64,000 bases of DNA from Candidatus Dadabacteria bacterium (GCA_963805855.1 CAWDVW010000002.1:608001-672000), one strand, 5' to 3'. Numbered from the stretch's first letter, positions 37,987 through 48,989 are shown. Notes: a model not told the origin generated them from the letters alone. Numbers and translations are program-made.

Positions 37987-38028
37987 ACAAGAAATTAAAA
38001 TCATGTAAAAATATCGACTAACGGGAGG

Positions 38029-39102
38029 ATGGACATGACACACATTAAAAAGATTCTGAAAAAAATTCACACATTACCATTCCTGGCCATATTTATTAGT
38101 ACCACTGTTGTTTTCGTCAACTTAGCAAAGTCCGAGGACGACACCGGTCAGAATAAAACAGATACTAGCACCCTAAGTGCTAAGGACTATTATGAAACTG
38201 GAAGAAAAGAATATCTGAAATTTACCCCTCAGGGTTTCAACAACGCCATAGAAAATTTTAACAAAGCACTCACGATCGATCCCAAATTCGCCCCAGCATA
38301 CGCAGGCCTTGGAGAGGCAAATTCATTCATTGGCTTTTACAGGCTGGAAGTAAAGGATGAGTATGAGAAATTTTTTAATCAGGCATATCAAAATATCCTC
38401 AAAGCCCTCCAATACGGCCCTAACCTCTTGGAAACGCAACGAGCTCTTGCCATAAACTATCTCCACCTTAGTAGAGAAAATGATGCCAAAGCGGCTGCTA
38501 ACCGTGTTTTGCAGATAAATCCAAATGATGCCGAAAGCTATTATGTAATTTGGGCCGCTAATGGGAAAAAACCCTCCGACCAATCTATCTGGAAGGCTCT
38601 GATTCTTGATCCTAATCTCGTCATGGCTCATGTTGATCTAGCAACGGCTTACTTTTTTAACACGCGAGACTATAACAAGGCGGCCGATCATTACAAAAAG
38701 GCGGTAGATTTAGCCGATTCCCCACAGTTGCATAACTATCTGGGAACAACATTCAGGTCGCAAGGCTATTTCCCAAGGGCAATAGAAGAATACAAGAGAG
38801 CTATTGATCTTGATCCCAACTTTGCCCCGGCTCACATGAACCTTGGAATTACCCTTTTTTATATGAATAAATTTAATGAGAGTATCGAAAGAGAGAAGAA
38901 GGCGATTTCTATAAACCCAAAATATCCCGATTCCTACTTTTTCCTCGCACGCGGCTACGAAGCCACAAATAACCCTCAAATGGCAATTAAAAATTATAAC
39001 CTGTTTCTTGACCTTGTAAGCGAGCAGGAGAACTATTTCAATTATATAGGAACCGCAAAGAAGAATCTCGCAAAGCTTCAGGGTGGCTCGTACAACAAAT
39101 AG
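38029..39102 (+). CDS. Exported tetratricopeptide-repeat protein
   Basis: N-terminal hydrophobic segment; repeated A...DP.FA.A...LG TPR motifs. Confidence 0.9.
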   Translation: MDMTHIKKILKKIHTLPFLAIFISTTVVFVNLAKSEDDTGQNKTDTSTLSAKDYYETGRKEYLKFTPQGFNNAIENFNKALTIDPKFAPAYAGLGEANSFIGFYRLEVKDEYEKFFNQAYQNILKALQYGPNLLETQRALAINYLHLSRENDAKAAANRVLQINPNDAESYYVIWAANGKKPSDQSIWKALILDPNLVMAHVDLATAYFFNTRDYNKAADHYKKAVDLADSPQLHNYLGTTFRSQGYFPRAIEEYKRAIDLDPNFAPAHMNLGITLFYMNKFNESIEREKKAISINPKYPDSYFFLARGYEATNNPQMAIKNYNLFLDLVSEQENYFNYIGTAKKNLAKLQGGSYNK

Positions 39103-39233
39103 TAATTCACGTAAAACAGTATTCCATAGGAAGGCGAACCCTGCTAAATTTGTTTACCAATAGCCTTTCCCGCAGTCGGTAAGTAAAATGTTGTTGCGAC
39201 TTTTATCGGTTATTGTGTAATATTGTTATTTAG

Positions 39234-39575
39234 ATGGACCGTCAGATTGGTGATAATTCCAACCTAGTAAAACTTTCATTTGGATTAGAATCTAGCGCAA
39301 GTCTTTGGAATATAGTTTTTGAGGGATTCGATCAAGATGTAATCTTAATAGCTAGATTCGAGGGAAAAGATCTAAAATCCAGAGATCTACTTAACAGATT
39401 TGGCTACATACTTAACAAAAAATATCCAGACTGTGTAATCGATCCTACCGGATCCGGACTTTCAATCAAAAAGTCATTCCCAATGTATGACATATCAATC
39501 ATACGTGAATGGTCAGTGCTCATGAACAGCATACGAGAAGAAATAATAGGGCTGATTGGACAATCAGGGTGTTAA
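39234..39575 (+). CDS. Hypothetical protein (113 aa)
   Basis: Intact ORF of normal composition in an otherwise empty gap; no family recognised. Confidence 0.55.
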   Translation: MDRQIGDNSNLVKLSFGLESSASLWNIVFEGFDQDVILIARFEGKDLKSRDLLNRFGYILNKKYPDCVIDPTGSGLSIKKSFPMYDISIIREWSVLMNSIREEIIGLIGQSGC

Positions 39576-39943
39576 ACTATTAGGCTTATGAAACCTTTCT
39601 CATACCGGTAAGTTTTTTAATGCAAAGAGAAAGGAACCTTAAACTCTAAGAAGATAATAGCTATCTCTCCCTCTCTTCGACAGAGTCGAAAAAGGAAATG
39701 GGAGCTCGGGAAATAGCATTACGTAAAAAGGAGCAATCTCGGATCACCAAAGAAGATCTCAGAAATCACATTTTACACGGCATCAATGCTATCTTTTACC
39801 ACTTTTGACAACAAGATACTGAAGCAGGGGGAATTCTCAGGAATATCTCACAATAGAAAAATAATCTAGGCCATCCCGGAGACGGGATTCAATCATAAAC
39901 CCGTACCTTGCGACATGATAAACGATTACAAGTTCTTGCATGC

Positions 39944-40727
39944 TCATATGACAGTAACGTCACCTGCAATTATCCTCTCGACCTTCCCATTGTCCCTTCT
40001 TATAACTAAAAATCCATTTTGATCTAGGTCGCATGCTATACCTTCAATCAAATTACGATCGATCCTAACCCTCACCCTCTTATTCAGATCTCCCCCACCT
40101 TTTTTTCCACTCATCTATGATTGTCGCCTTTCCTTTGCTATTTAACTCCTCGTACCACTTCTCAAGCAGGTTTATCAAGTTCGCTGCAAACTCAGACCTA
40201 TCCACCTCATGACCCAATTCTTCCCTCACAGAAGTAGCAATCTCTGAAACCTCGCCCATCAAATTATTCATGACCACTCGTGTCATATTCAAGTTTATTC
40301 CTAAACCAACTAAAACAAACTCAACTCGCTCTCCGCCAAGCTCCATCTCCGTTAAGACTCCAGCCACCTTCCTCCGATTTATGAGTAAATCATTGGGCCA
40401 TTTTATCTGACACTTAATCCCATACGAATTCACAGCTTCAAAAAGAGCAACAGAACTCACCAGTGTCAGTATGCTAGCATCTTTCGAGGAGATGGACGGT
40501 CGAAAAATTATTGACATATAGAGGTTAAAACCAGGCGGTGAAATCCACTTCCTCTGAAGCCGCCCCCTCCCTTTCGTCTGCGTGTCCGCGATAATGACGG
40601 TTCCTTCAGTTGCACCTTCCTTCGCTAGATCAAACGCGACATCATTGGTTGATTCCACTTCACGATAGAACCTTATGACCCTACCGAATGTCTTTGTCCT
40701 CAGATGCTTATTTATAAGCCTTTCCAT
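39944..40727 (-). CDS. birA: Biotin-protein ligase, frameshifted near 40092-40106
   Basis: STND, QTKGRGR, KWPND, KVAGVL.E, G.GINLN; removing one base restores the C-terminal domain ...DLNKRVRV...EGIACDLDQNGFLVI...IIAGDVTVI, stop at 39944. Confidence 0.9.
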
Positions 40728-40828
40728 TTAATTATATTTATAATAAATAAAGACAATGAACGCAAGCGTTCCGAATTGAGAAGAGGTGGTTACCCATGCT
40801 GACCTTAATTTTACCTCAAATTAATAAC

Positions 40829-41075
40829 CCTGCTGCCAGCCGTAGGGTATCGGCTCAGAAAGCATCAGTCTCTTCAGCCTTTGCGAGGAACCGTGAATCC
40901 TCAGTTTATGAAGGCTCGAACGGGTCGAAGCAATGTAAAACAAAAGACTAAGATCACAACGCTAACGGTCGCAGTCACAGAATAGGGTGCGAGCAAATTG
41001 CTTCGCGCAGTCTACACTGAGCGGGTCAAACTGCTCAAATGACAGCGGAAGCCCTGTAATATGCTACAGGGAATT
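40829..41075. repeat. Intergenic cluster of decayed palindromic repeats
   Basis: ..TTGCGAG..GAAGCAAT / ATTGCTTCG..CTC.AATGAC pair and CCCTGTA..TACAGGG-type hairpins. Confidence 0.55.
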
Positions 41076-41155
41076 ATCGAGTTAAATTAAGAATTATCAA
41101 AATATTAGGAACAGGCGAAAAATGTGTTATATTATTTAGCTATCAGGAGGAAAAA

Positions 41156-41326
41156 ATGAAAAAAACAATAATCACAATGTCAGTTGTACTAGGACTTGCC
41201 CTTGGAGGGATTTTCAATCTCGTATCTTTCACAGATGTTACAAAAAGCGCGGTAGCTTGTGGCGATAAGGACAAAGGCGCATCGGATGATACAGACACCA
41301 CTGATGACTCGAGTGCTCAAACATGA
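41156..41326 (+). CDS. Small secreted or lipo-peptide (56 aa)
   Basis: Below the ORF-track cutoff; perfect AGGAGG RBS; MKKTIITMSVVLGLALGGIFNLVSFTDVTKSAVACGDKDKGASDDTDTTDDSSAQT. Confidence 0.75.
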   Translation: MKKTIITMSVVLGLALGGIFNLVSFTDVTKSAVACGDKDKGASDDTDTTDDSSAQT

Positions 41327-41515
41327 ATGTTTTCTAAATTATTCGGGCTTGTATCTTTATAAGATGCCCTACCCAATCCTAGGCATTAATTAAGCCATAC
41401 ATGCATAAGGAGTGTTGACGATAGGATTGGGTTTCATTACGAGCACTTCGAGGGTCCTGTACTGAGTAAAATCGAAGTGGTCAGTACAGGCTCTAGCGAA
41501 GTAATTTGATGTACT

Positions 41516-41660
41516 GTCATTGCCGCGGATATTTAGCGGGAATCCAGAAAAGCAAATGGATGCCCGATTACAGTCCTCGGGCATGACACAATATAGAGAT
41601 TGCTTGAATTTCGGAGTTCATCGGTCGACTGAGCTCATGTAAAGTGTCAGTCTCGCAATC
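41516..41660. repeat. Palindromic repeat TGTCATT.CCGCG..GCGGGAATCCA / TGGATGCCCG..CGGGCATGACA with an adjacent GAGATTGCTT..TCGCAAT element
   Basis: Terminal TGTCAT/ATGACA inverted repeat enclosing internal hairpins. Confidence 0.65.
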
Positions 41661-41719
41661 AACAGCGGCGACCTCAAAGTAAACTGAAAAGGATTCGCAA
41701 ATTAAAACTGAAGCATCGC

Positions 41720-42664
41720 GTGGCTAGCGCTTTAAGATTACGGAGATCTGGGATGATCGATTTAACCTTAAACATTTGGAAAAGATTGCTTCAAATTTCA
41801 TTAGCCTTCTTTATCGCAACTGTATGTTTTGGCAACTATCCCGCCATTATTGCCTTTAACAAAAATGCGATTGCTTCCGACAACCAACCTGAAAGCGATT
41901 ACATTATTGAAGACTCTGTCTCAACGAGTTCTCAGATAGACAAAATTGATCCAAAAGCAGATTCACTGCTTAAGGAAATGAGCGACTTTCTCGGAAGCAA
42001 ATATAAGTATACATTCAAGGCCGATATAATGTATGATGAGATATTAGATTCCGGAACAAAACTACAAAGATCAGCATCGGAAAAGGTTTTTGTTCAAAAG
42101 CCAAATAAAGTTTATATAGAGTATATTAGCGATGTTAGCGGACAGAAATTCTGGTATCATGACAGCAATGTGACAATACTGGATTTGCCAAGAGGTGTCT
42201 ACTCAAAAATAGTCGTCGCTGACTCTATTGATCCGGCTTTCGAAGGACTTTTAAAGCAATACAATTATTCACTACCTTTTAGTGAGCTGCTTTTCGTTAA
42301 TCCTTATAAAATACTCTCGAAAAATGTCGAGGCTGGCTATTATATAGGTTCGAGCGTCGTTTTTGGTGTGCCTTGTAATCACCTAGCATTTGTTGACAAG
42401 AATGTGGACTGGCAGATATGGATAGAAGATGGTCAACTGAAAGTTCCGAGAAAAATAGTTCTTACTTATAAAAAGGTTCCAGGATCTCCGCAATTTATAG
42501 CAATACTTAAAGACTGGATTTTTGATCAACCTTTTTCACATTTTCTTTTTAAACCTGATATCCCAAAATATGCTAAAGAAACCGACATGAGCAAAACGCC
42601 TAATAGTTTAGACAGCAATCTTGGAAGAATAAGGGGCTCTGTTGGAAATTCCCAAACAAATTAA
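41720..42664 (+). CDS. DUF2092 periplasmic protein (LolA-like fold)
   Basis: IDPKA..LLKEMSDFL, C.HLAF....VDWQIWI..G...P.K.V.TYK..PGSPQF; start probably ATG 41753. Confidence 0.85.
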   Translation: MASALRLRRSGMIDLTLNIWKRLLQISLAFFIATVCFGNYPAIIAFNKNAIASDNQPESDYIIEDSVSTSSQIDKIDPKADSLLKEMSDFLGSKYKYTFKADIMYDEILDSGTKLQRSASEKVFVQKPNKVYIEYISDVSGQKFWYHDSNVTILDLPRGVYSKIVVADSIDPAFEGLLKQYNYSLPFSELLFVNPYKILSKNVEAGYYIGSSVVFGVPCNHLAFVDKNVDWQIWIEDGQLKVPRKIVLTYKKVPGSPQFIAILKDWIFDQPFSHFLFKPDIPKYAKETDMSKTPNSLDSNLGRIRGSVGNSQTN

Positions 42665-42811
42665 GCCAAAAAAAAGACACCCTGAAATAAGGCATCACTG
42701 CTACAATTTTCATTTAAATTTGGCGACTTACAAGAGAACTTTCTCTAAATTGAGAAGCTGTAGCCAATCAATTAATAGAGTTTTATGATTGCGAAACCAC
42801 TCATTATTTAT

Positions 42812-42838
42812 TTGACAATCTTAAGGCCATGCTATAAT
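42812..42838 (+). promoter_or_regulatory. Putative promoter of the tRNA-Ile2 / rnpB region
   Basis: TTGACA at 42812 and extended -10 TGcTATAAT ending 42838 (short 15-bp spacer). Confidence 0.55.
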
Positions 42839-42867
42839 ATTCTAGGTTTTGCAATACCAAATCCTTT

Positions 42868-42941
42868 GGGCCCATAGCTCAGTTGGTTAGAGCGACGGAC
42901 TCATAATCCGTTGGTCCCTGGTTCGAGTCCGGGTGGGCCCA
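42868..42941 (+). tRNA. tRNA with CAT anticodon, most likely tRNA-Ile2 (lysidine-modified)
   Basis: GGGCCCA/TGGGCCC acceptor with C4:G69 and C5:G68; ACGGA-CTCATAA-TCCGT anticodon arm; no initiator features; CCA not encoded. Confidence 0.9.
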
Positions 42942-43088
42942 AGATTCGGGATTAATTGTTGATGGGAAAAGAGGAAATAACAACACACCCAATAATCTTA
43001 CAAACTCTCGATTATTTATTCGATATTTTAGTTACACATCCAAGATTTTCCAAAAACTACCCGAAAAACAAGATCCAAGGAGGTACAA

Positions 43089-43817
43089 ATGCGAGATCAA
43101 ATTGCTGCTCTCGGTGCGCTCCAGCAACTTGATTTAGAGATAAAGGTAATAGAGGAGAAACTGAGAAAATATCCTCAAGAGATCTCCCGTTATCAAGAAG
43201 ATTTAGAGAATGCTAAGACTTCCATGGCTGAAGCAAAAAAAGAGCTAGAACAGATAAGAAAAAATAAAAAGGAAAAGGAACACCAACTTGAAGAAAACCA
43301 ATCAAGTATAAAGAAGGCGGAGAAAAGACTATTTGAAATAAAAACTTACAGAGAGTATGAGGCCCTTCAAAAAGAAATTAGCGAAACGAAAATGACAAAC
43401 GCATCACTCGAAGAGGAGATCCTCCGGTTTATGGAAGTAATTGAAAATCTCGAAAAACATATTAGCGATAAGGAAGGCGAACTTGCAGAAAGAGGAGAGG
43501 AAAGCGAAAAATTAATAACAGACTACAAAGCAAAAATGAAAGATCTTGAGATAACGCACAAAAATAAGCAACTGGAAAAAGAAAAAATTATGGCAATAAT
43601 AGATCCTGACGTCTTGCCGCTTTATGAAAAGATAAAGACAAGGAATGGGATAGCGATAGCGCCGGCAAGAAATGAGGTTTGTACAGGGTGCAACATGAAG
43701 ATCCCCCCACAACTGTTCAATGAAGTACTCACACTATCGAGAATGATCCAATGTCCTAACTGCGGTCGAATACTCTATAGCGAAGAATCAATTAATGGAG
43801 AGCTACAAACAGCTTGA
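43089..43817 (+). CDS. Coiled-coil C4 zinc-ribbon protein (DUF164/CT398-like)
   Basis: Long coiled coil; CTGCNMKIPPQ...CPNCGRILY. Confidence 0.92.
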   Translation: MRDQIAALGALQQLDLEIKVIEEKLRKYPQEISRYQEDLENAKTSMAEAKKELEQIRKNKKEKEHQLEENQSSIKKAEKRLFEIKTYREYEALQKEISETKMTNASLEEEILRFMEVIENLEKHISDKEGELAERGEESEKLITDYKAKMKDLEITHKNKQLEKEKIMAIIDPDVLPLYEKIKTRNGIAIAPARNEVCTGCNMKIPPQLFNEVLTLSRMIQCPNCGRILYSEESINGELQTA

Positions 43818-44244
43818 ATTGCCCATAAATATTCAACAAAAAGAAGCTGCTACAATTTATATAGATGGGGCTTCAAGGGGTAACCCAGGTTCTTCTGCTA
43901 TTGGAGTCGTTATAATTGATGCCAAGGGAAACAAACGTAAGATAAAAAAGTATCTTGGAATCCATACGAACAACCAAGCCGAATACCACGCATTGATCAC
44001 GGCATTGGCAGCGGCAAAAAAGCTTAAGAAAACATATCTTACAATATTTACCGACTCCCAACTCCTCGCAAATCAGATAAATCGTCTCTGGAAGGTGCGT
44101 GATGCAGAAATTAAAGCCCTTTATCAGGAAGCGAGAAGCCTAATCTCCAGCTTTAAGAAAGTAAACCTAAGCCACATACCCAGGAACTTAAATAAAGAAG
44201 CCGACAGACTTGCCAATCAAGCCTTGGATGATTATCCTTCTTAG
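43795..44244 (+). CDS. rnhA: Ribonuclease HI (archaeal/actinobacterial-type)
   Basis: DGASRGNPG, TNNQAEY, DSQL, HIPR..NKEAD.LAN. Confidence 0.92.
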   Translation: MESYKQLELPINIQQKEAATIYIDGASRGNPGSSAIGVVIIDAKGNKRKIKKYLGIHTNNQAEYHALITALAAAKKLKKTYLTIFTDSQLLANQINRLWKVRDAEIKALYQEARSLISSFKKVNLSHIPRNLNKEADRLANQALDDYPS

Positions 44245-44245
44245 T

Positions 44246-44669
44246 GAGACAAGTGGACCGGGCGATCGCTTACTTGTTCGTAGAAGAACACAGTAAGAGG
44301 AAAGTCCGAACTCCATAGGGCGGCGTGCTGGATAATATCCAGGTGCTGTGAAGCAACGGAAAGTGCAACAGAAAACGAACCGCCTAAGTTAATCGCTTAT
44401 GTGGATAACTGGCAAGGGTGAAAAGGTGGTGTAAGAGACCACCGCACAGAGTGGAGACACCCTGTGGCACTGTAAACCCCACGCGGAGTAAGACCAAATA
44501 GGGAAGCGGTCGTCTCTTTTCGGTCGTCGGATTATCCGACTCCGAATACGAGATTTGGAAAGGTTGCCCGCCTGACGCTTCCGGGTAGGTCGCATGAGGC
44601 ATTCAGCAATGGATGTCCTAGATGAATGATTGCTCAAGACAGAATTCGGCTTACAGGTTCACTTGTTTC
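44246..44669 (+). ncRNA. rnpB: RNase P RNA (type A)
   Basis: P1 GAGACAAGTGGACC/GGTTCACTTGTTTC; GAGGAAAGTCC; GGAAAGTGCAACAGAAA; GGGTGAAA.GGTG..GTAAGAG; GTAAACCCC; ACAGAATTCGGCTTA. Confidence 0.96.
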
Positions 44670-44750
44670 ATTCTATGTTTGTAGAACCAAATCTTGGATT
44701 ATCCCAAATAGAAGAAGGAAATATTTTGCAGGCAATCGCAAGGACTGCCC

Positions 44751-45953
44751 CTACATAAACCTTACTTTCACAAACTCCCTCTTCCCTATCTTCAATCTCA
44801 GTAGATCTCGATCAGGAGTCATCGAGTTTGGATCGGTTATTCTTTCCCCGTCAATGCTGACGCCACCCTGCTCGATCAGCCTCTTTGCCTCCCCCCTGCT
44901 CTTAACCCGTTGAGAAGAAAGCGAAATTAAATCAAGGATGGTTTTCCCATCCTTTTTATCCAAAAGGATCTCCCGCCCATCCTCAGGAAACTGCCTCTCC
45001 GAGAATTTTAATTCGAAATCCTTCTGGGCCTTATGGGCCTTTTTCTCTCCATGAAACAATGTCGCAATCTCAATAGCAAGCGATTTTTTCGCTTCCATCG
45101 GATGATTCCGTGATTTGATGTCATGGATCTCTTCTATAGTTCTTGAACTAAGGAGCTCATAATATTTCCACATCAGATCATCCGAGATTGACATGATTTT
45201 CCCATAGACATCTTCAGGAGTATCTTCAAAAGCAATGTAATTGCCAAGAGACTTGGACATTTTCTTAACGCCATCAGTTCCCTCAAGTAAAGGTAAGAAA
45301 ATAGCTACCTGAGACTCCTGCCCAAAATGCCTCTGCACATCACGACCCAGCAGGATATTAAATCTCTGGTCGGTCCCACCCAATTCAACGTCGGCTCTTA
45401 TGTTTACCGAATCATAGGACTGAATCAGTGGGTACAAAAACTCCATGATTGTTATTGAAGAGCCCGATTCGTAACGTGCACGAAAATCCTCTCTCTCCAG
45501 CATCCTTGCCACATTCCCCAACGATGCGAGTTTAAGCAATCCTTCTGCATTCATACCACCTAGCCAGGAGGAATTGAAAACAACTTCCGTCCTTTCCTTA
45601 TCCAAGATATTAAAAACCTGGTTTTCATATGTCCTGGCATTTTTTTCGACTTCCTCCCTTGTCAACGGGGGTCTAGTTTCTGTTTTTCCAGAGGGATCGC
45701 CAATCATTGCGGTAAAGTCGCCGATCAGGAATACAACTGTGTGCCCCAACGCCTGGAAGTCTCTGAGTTTTCTTAGTAGAATACAGTGTCCGAGATGTAA
45801 GTCAGGTGCGGTGGGATCAAAACCCGCCTTAACCCTTAGCGGCTCATTCCTTTCCACCGACCTTTTAAGTTTGGACAAAAGCTCCTCTTCGGAGATTATC
45901 TCTGCCGTTCCCCTTTTGATAGTTTCAAGCTGTGCTTTGGGATCTTCTTTCAT
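44751..45953 (-). CDS. tyrS: Tyrosine-tRNA ligase
   Basis: [28 protein letters not shown]-terminal S4 domain. Confidence 0.97.
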   Translation of the reverse strand: MKEDPKAQLETIKRGTAEIISEEELLSKLKRSVERNEPLRVKAGFDPTAPDLHLGHCILLRKLRDFQALGHTVVFLIGDFTAMIGDPSGKTETRPPLTREEVEKNARTYENQVFNILDKERTEVVFNSSWLGGMNAEGLLKLASLGNVARMLEREDFRARYESGSSITIMEFLYPLIQSYDSVNIRADVELGGTDQRFNILLGRDVQRHFGQESQVAIFLPLLEGTDGVKKMSKSLGNYIAFEDTPEDVYGKIMSISDDLMWKYYELLSSRTIEEIHDIKSRNHPMEAKKSLAIEIATLFHGEKKAHKAQKDFELKFSERQFPEDGREILLDKKDGKTILDLISLSSQRVKSRGEAKRLIEQGGVSIDGERITDPNSMTPDRDLLRLKIGKREFVKVRFM

Positions 45954-46166
45954 CTGGTACTGGTGTTATTGAGAAATCTAAGAGATTATAGGATAAACAA
46001 TTTATCACATCTGTTCAAAATTGATTCCGGGTCTCCTTTTTTATTAATCATAAGAGGTCAACATGATTTCAACTCATTTAGACTAGAAACCACCGTGTAA
46101 GATTGTCCAACCTCGTCTTCAATGCAGAAAAGTTCTCAATTCCTTCGTCTTTCTGCGTATCCAGGC

Positions 46167-47906
46167 CTATTCCCTGTAAAGGTTGGTTATTGGAAAGCGC
46201 CGGTCCTTACCAAAAGCTCTGGGTGTTATTTTTATACCTGGAGGGGATTGCCGCCTCTTGTACTCGTTTAAGTCTACCATCCTCACGATCCTATTCACCA
46301 TTTCCTCCTCAAATCCTTGAGCTATGATTTCCCCAATGCTCAGATCCTCTTCAACGTATGCTTTGAGTATTGCATCCAGAACATCATACGATGGTAGAGA
46401 ATCTACATCCATTTGATTGGGCCTCAACTCTGCTGACGGAGGTTTTAATATAACAGATTTAGGTATAATCTCTTGGCCCTTCCAGCTGTTGTAAAACTCG
46501 GCAAGCCCGTACACCAATGTCTTTGGGACATCCTTAATAACTGAAAAACCCCCGGCCATATCTCCGTAAAGCGTACTGTACCCCACGCTAGTCTCACTCT
46601 TATTACCGGTTGTAAGCACTAGCCATCCAAATTTGTTTGACAATGCCATGAGTATATTACCACGGATCCTCGCTTGGAGATTTTCCTCCGTAACGTCCTG
46701 CCCTTTTCCGGCAAATACCGCTGAAAACATCTCAAGATAAGCGCTAAAAGCCGGCTCAATTGGAATTGTACTCAGCTCTATCCCTAGATTTTTAGAAAGG
46801 CTCTCCGCATCTACTTTGCTCCCTTTTGAACTGTATCTGGACGGCATTGAAACCCCAACGACGTTTTCTTTCCCCAAAGCCTCTACCGCGATCGCAGAAA
46901 CCAAGGATGAGTCTACACCTCCGCTTAAACCAATGACAACTTTTGTAAACTGGTTTTTCCTAACATAGTCTCTTGTCCCCATAACAAGTGCCTGAAATAC
47001 CTCTTCTTCGAATTCCATAAATGTTGCCATCTTGGGAGTAACCGTTAGACGCGAGTTTCTACTTAACTCACCTACTTCCAATTCGAATACGTGTACGTCC
47101 TTGTCCTCGAGCCTGATCGCATATTTCTCCTTTCTTCTTCTTGGATCATGGAGTCGAGAAGGAAAGACCCTTTGAACATCGACATCCGCAATCAGTAGCT
47201 CCTCTTCGAAGCCAGATGCACGTGCTAGTACTTCTCCACGCTCATCTATAATTACGCTATGTCCATCAAAAATCAACTCATCCTGCCCTCCCACTAGATT
47301 ACAGAAACCTATAACTACCGAATAATCAGATGCCCGTGTTAGCAACATTCGCTCCCTTGCCTGTACCTTAGAGGCGTAATAGGGAGATGAAGAGATATTC
47401 AAAATTATCTGAGCATCACCTAAAAGCGCTTGTTTTCTCGTCGGGTCGCCCGGATACCATATATCTTCACAGATATTCACACCGAAAACAAAATCGCCAA
47501 GTCGATAGACCGGTGTTCTCACGCCGGCTTGAAAATATCTGTTTTCGTCAAATACGCTGTAGTTTGGCAGGTAGCATTTGTGGTAAACATCTATTAGGAC
47601 CTTGTTGTGAATGATTGCTGCTGAATTGTAAATATCTTGGTTTCTATTTGCAAAGCCTGCGACTACGGTTATGGAATCTGTTGCCTTTCTCACCTCATCA
47701 AGAGCTTTTAAGTTATCCTCAATAAAGCTTGGTTTAAGCAACAGATCTTCAGGCGGATAACCGGTGATCGCGAGTTCAGGAAAACATATTATGTCGACCC
47801 CAGATTTTTTTGCGAATCTTATATATTTTATAATCTTTTTGAGGTTACCCTCTATATCACCTACTGATACATTAATCTGACCCAACCCCAGCCTGACTTT
47901 ACGCAT
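46167..47906 (-). CDS. nadE: Glutamine-dependent NAD+ synthetase
   Basis: Nitrilase domain (FPEL..TGYPPEDL, ICEDIW) plus SGGVDS, ENLQARIRG, TTGNKSE, PPSAEL. Confidence 0.96.
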   Translation of the reverse strand: MRKVRLGLGQINVSVGDIEGNLKKIIKYIRFAKKSGVDIICFPELAITGYPPEDLLLKPSFIEDNLKALDEVRKATDSITVVAGFANRNQDIYNSAAIIHNKVLIDVYHKCYLPNYSVFDENRYFQAGVRTPVYRLGDFVFGVNICEDIWYPGDPTRKQALLGDAQIILNISSSPYYASKVQARERMLLTRASDYSVVIGFCNLVGGQDELIFDGHSVIIDERGEVLARASGFEEELLIADVDVQRVFPSRLHDPRRRKEKYAIRLEDKDVHVFELEVGELSRNSRLTVTPKMATFMEFEEEVFQALVMGTRDYVRKNQFTKVVIGLSGGVDSSLVSAIAVEALGKENVVGVSMPSRYSSKGSKVDAESLSKNLGIELSTIPIEPAFSAYLEMFSAVFAGKGQDVTEENLQARIRGNILMALSNKFGWLVLTTGNKSETSVGYSTLYGDMAGGFSVIKDVPKTLVYGLAEFYNSWKGQEIIPKSVILKPPSAELRPNQMDVDSLPSYDVLDAILKAYVEEDLSIGEIIAQGFEEEMVNRIVRMVDLNEYKRRQSPPGIKITPRAFGKDRRFPITNLYRE

Positions 47907-48007
47907 GATATAATATTACCACATCAATCGCTCTATTAACCATTATACAAATTAAATGACGATCTAGTAAGCCGCAGGAAGTCAGCAAACACAAAGAGAC
48001 TGCCGAT

Positions 48008-48320
48008 GGTAGGGCTGGGGGTGTCAATTGCGGTACTTCGACCAGCTCACGGCAGGCTTGCTCGTTTGACAGTAACTTAGGGTTTATACTCCAAATGTTT
48101 TATCCGTACGGGGTTGGAAAACCCCTCCTAGCGTTATTGATGACAATGTTATTTATTATGGATAGTCGGGACATTCTTGTCCCGAAGTTTGAACATGCTT
48201 CTTGATCTCAATAAATTCGTTTCCATCGTTACCGATTAATGTTTTAATTACTGCTACGGGTAGGCAAAGGGTCCCTTCGACCAGGTTAGTGTAGGCTCCT
48301 TCGAAGTAACCCGCTACCTC
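48008..48320. repeat. Intergenic cluster of REP-like palindromes and CTTCGAC..GCTCA micro-elements
   Basis: CTTCGACCAGCTCACGGCAGGC, GGGGTTGGAAAACCCCTCCTA, TAGTCGGGACATTCTTGTCCCGA, GTAGGCAAAGGGTCCCTTCGACC.. Confidence 0.6.
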
Positions 48321-48410
48321 GCGTCGGAATAGATATTGCTTAAGTTATTGAATTTCTTAGTCAAAATGAAATTAAGTCCTAGCAAATCGCCAGAAATACG
48401 AAATCTTCAA

Positions 48411-48989
48411 TTATTGCGTCGAAATGTAGACAAGGTTAGAAAGGAAATGAAATATTATGCTTCCCCAGAGGGTTCCGGTCCTAACATACAGATATCCCAT
48501 GACAAGGGAGGGGAAAAAAGTAAGAACACTCTGAGTGCAAATCCCGCCAATAAACCCCGATGCCACACATAGTGTAAAGAAATGTCCTAATGCAAAGAAA
48601 ACACTCACAAAAACAACTCCCTTCAGGTCGTTCCCTAATTTTTCCTGCAGATAACCACGGAAAAAAACCTCTTCTGGAAGCGCAACAAAAAATAGCTGCA
48701 AGGCAATCAGTATAGCGCTGATTCTATCTACGTTAATCGTGGCACCGGTAAGCAGCAAGTCTAACAGTATATACGTAGGAAGAATGACTATTGACACGAT
48801 TACTCCAATCAACAAACCACCCGGATCCCATTTAAGACCACTCATTCTATCAGTCAGTAGAAACGGTGTGGAAAACAGTATCAGCGCCGCAATAGCGAAT
48901 GAAAAATCAGGGAAAAAGATTCGAGTAAGGGTTATAAGAAATATAACAACAACGTATATTGATAAAGGGGTGAGGTAACTTCTCTTCAA
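48411..48989 (-). CDS. CPBP-family intramembrane glutamic protease
   Basis: PEEVFFRG, FALGH, FFPSL..G.L..RTG, FH...N motifs. Confidence 0.9.
   Translation of the reverse strand: MKRSYLTPLSIYVVVIFLITLTRIFFPDFSFAIAALILFSTPFLLTDRMSGLKWDPGGLLIGVIVSIVILPTYILLDLLLTGATINVDRISAILIALQLFFVALPEEVFFRGYLQEKLGNDLKGVVFVSVFFALGHFFTLCVASGFIGGICTQSVLTFFPSLVMGYLYVRTGTLWGSIIFHFLSNLVYISTQ

Noticed and set aside
39576-39943. Possible small gene between the 113-aa ORF and birA
   Set aside because: Only short open stretches with no convincing start or recognisable motif
42868-42941. Calling the CAT-anticodon tRNA tRNA-Met or tRNA-fMet
   Set aside because: It lacks the C1:A72 mismatch and the three G:C anticodon-stem pairs of initiators; the acceptor stem fits the Ile2/TilS pattern better
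44384-44913. Short ORFs at 44384-44602, 44389-44637 and 44626-44913
   Set aside because: They overlap the RNase P RNA gene or are antisense to tyrS; shadow ORFs
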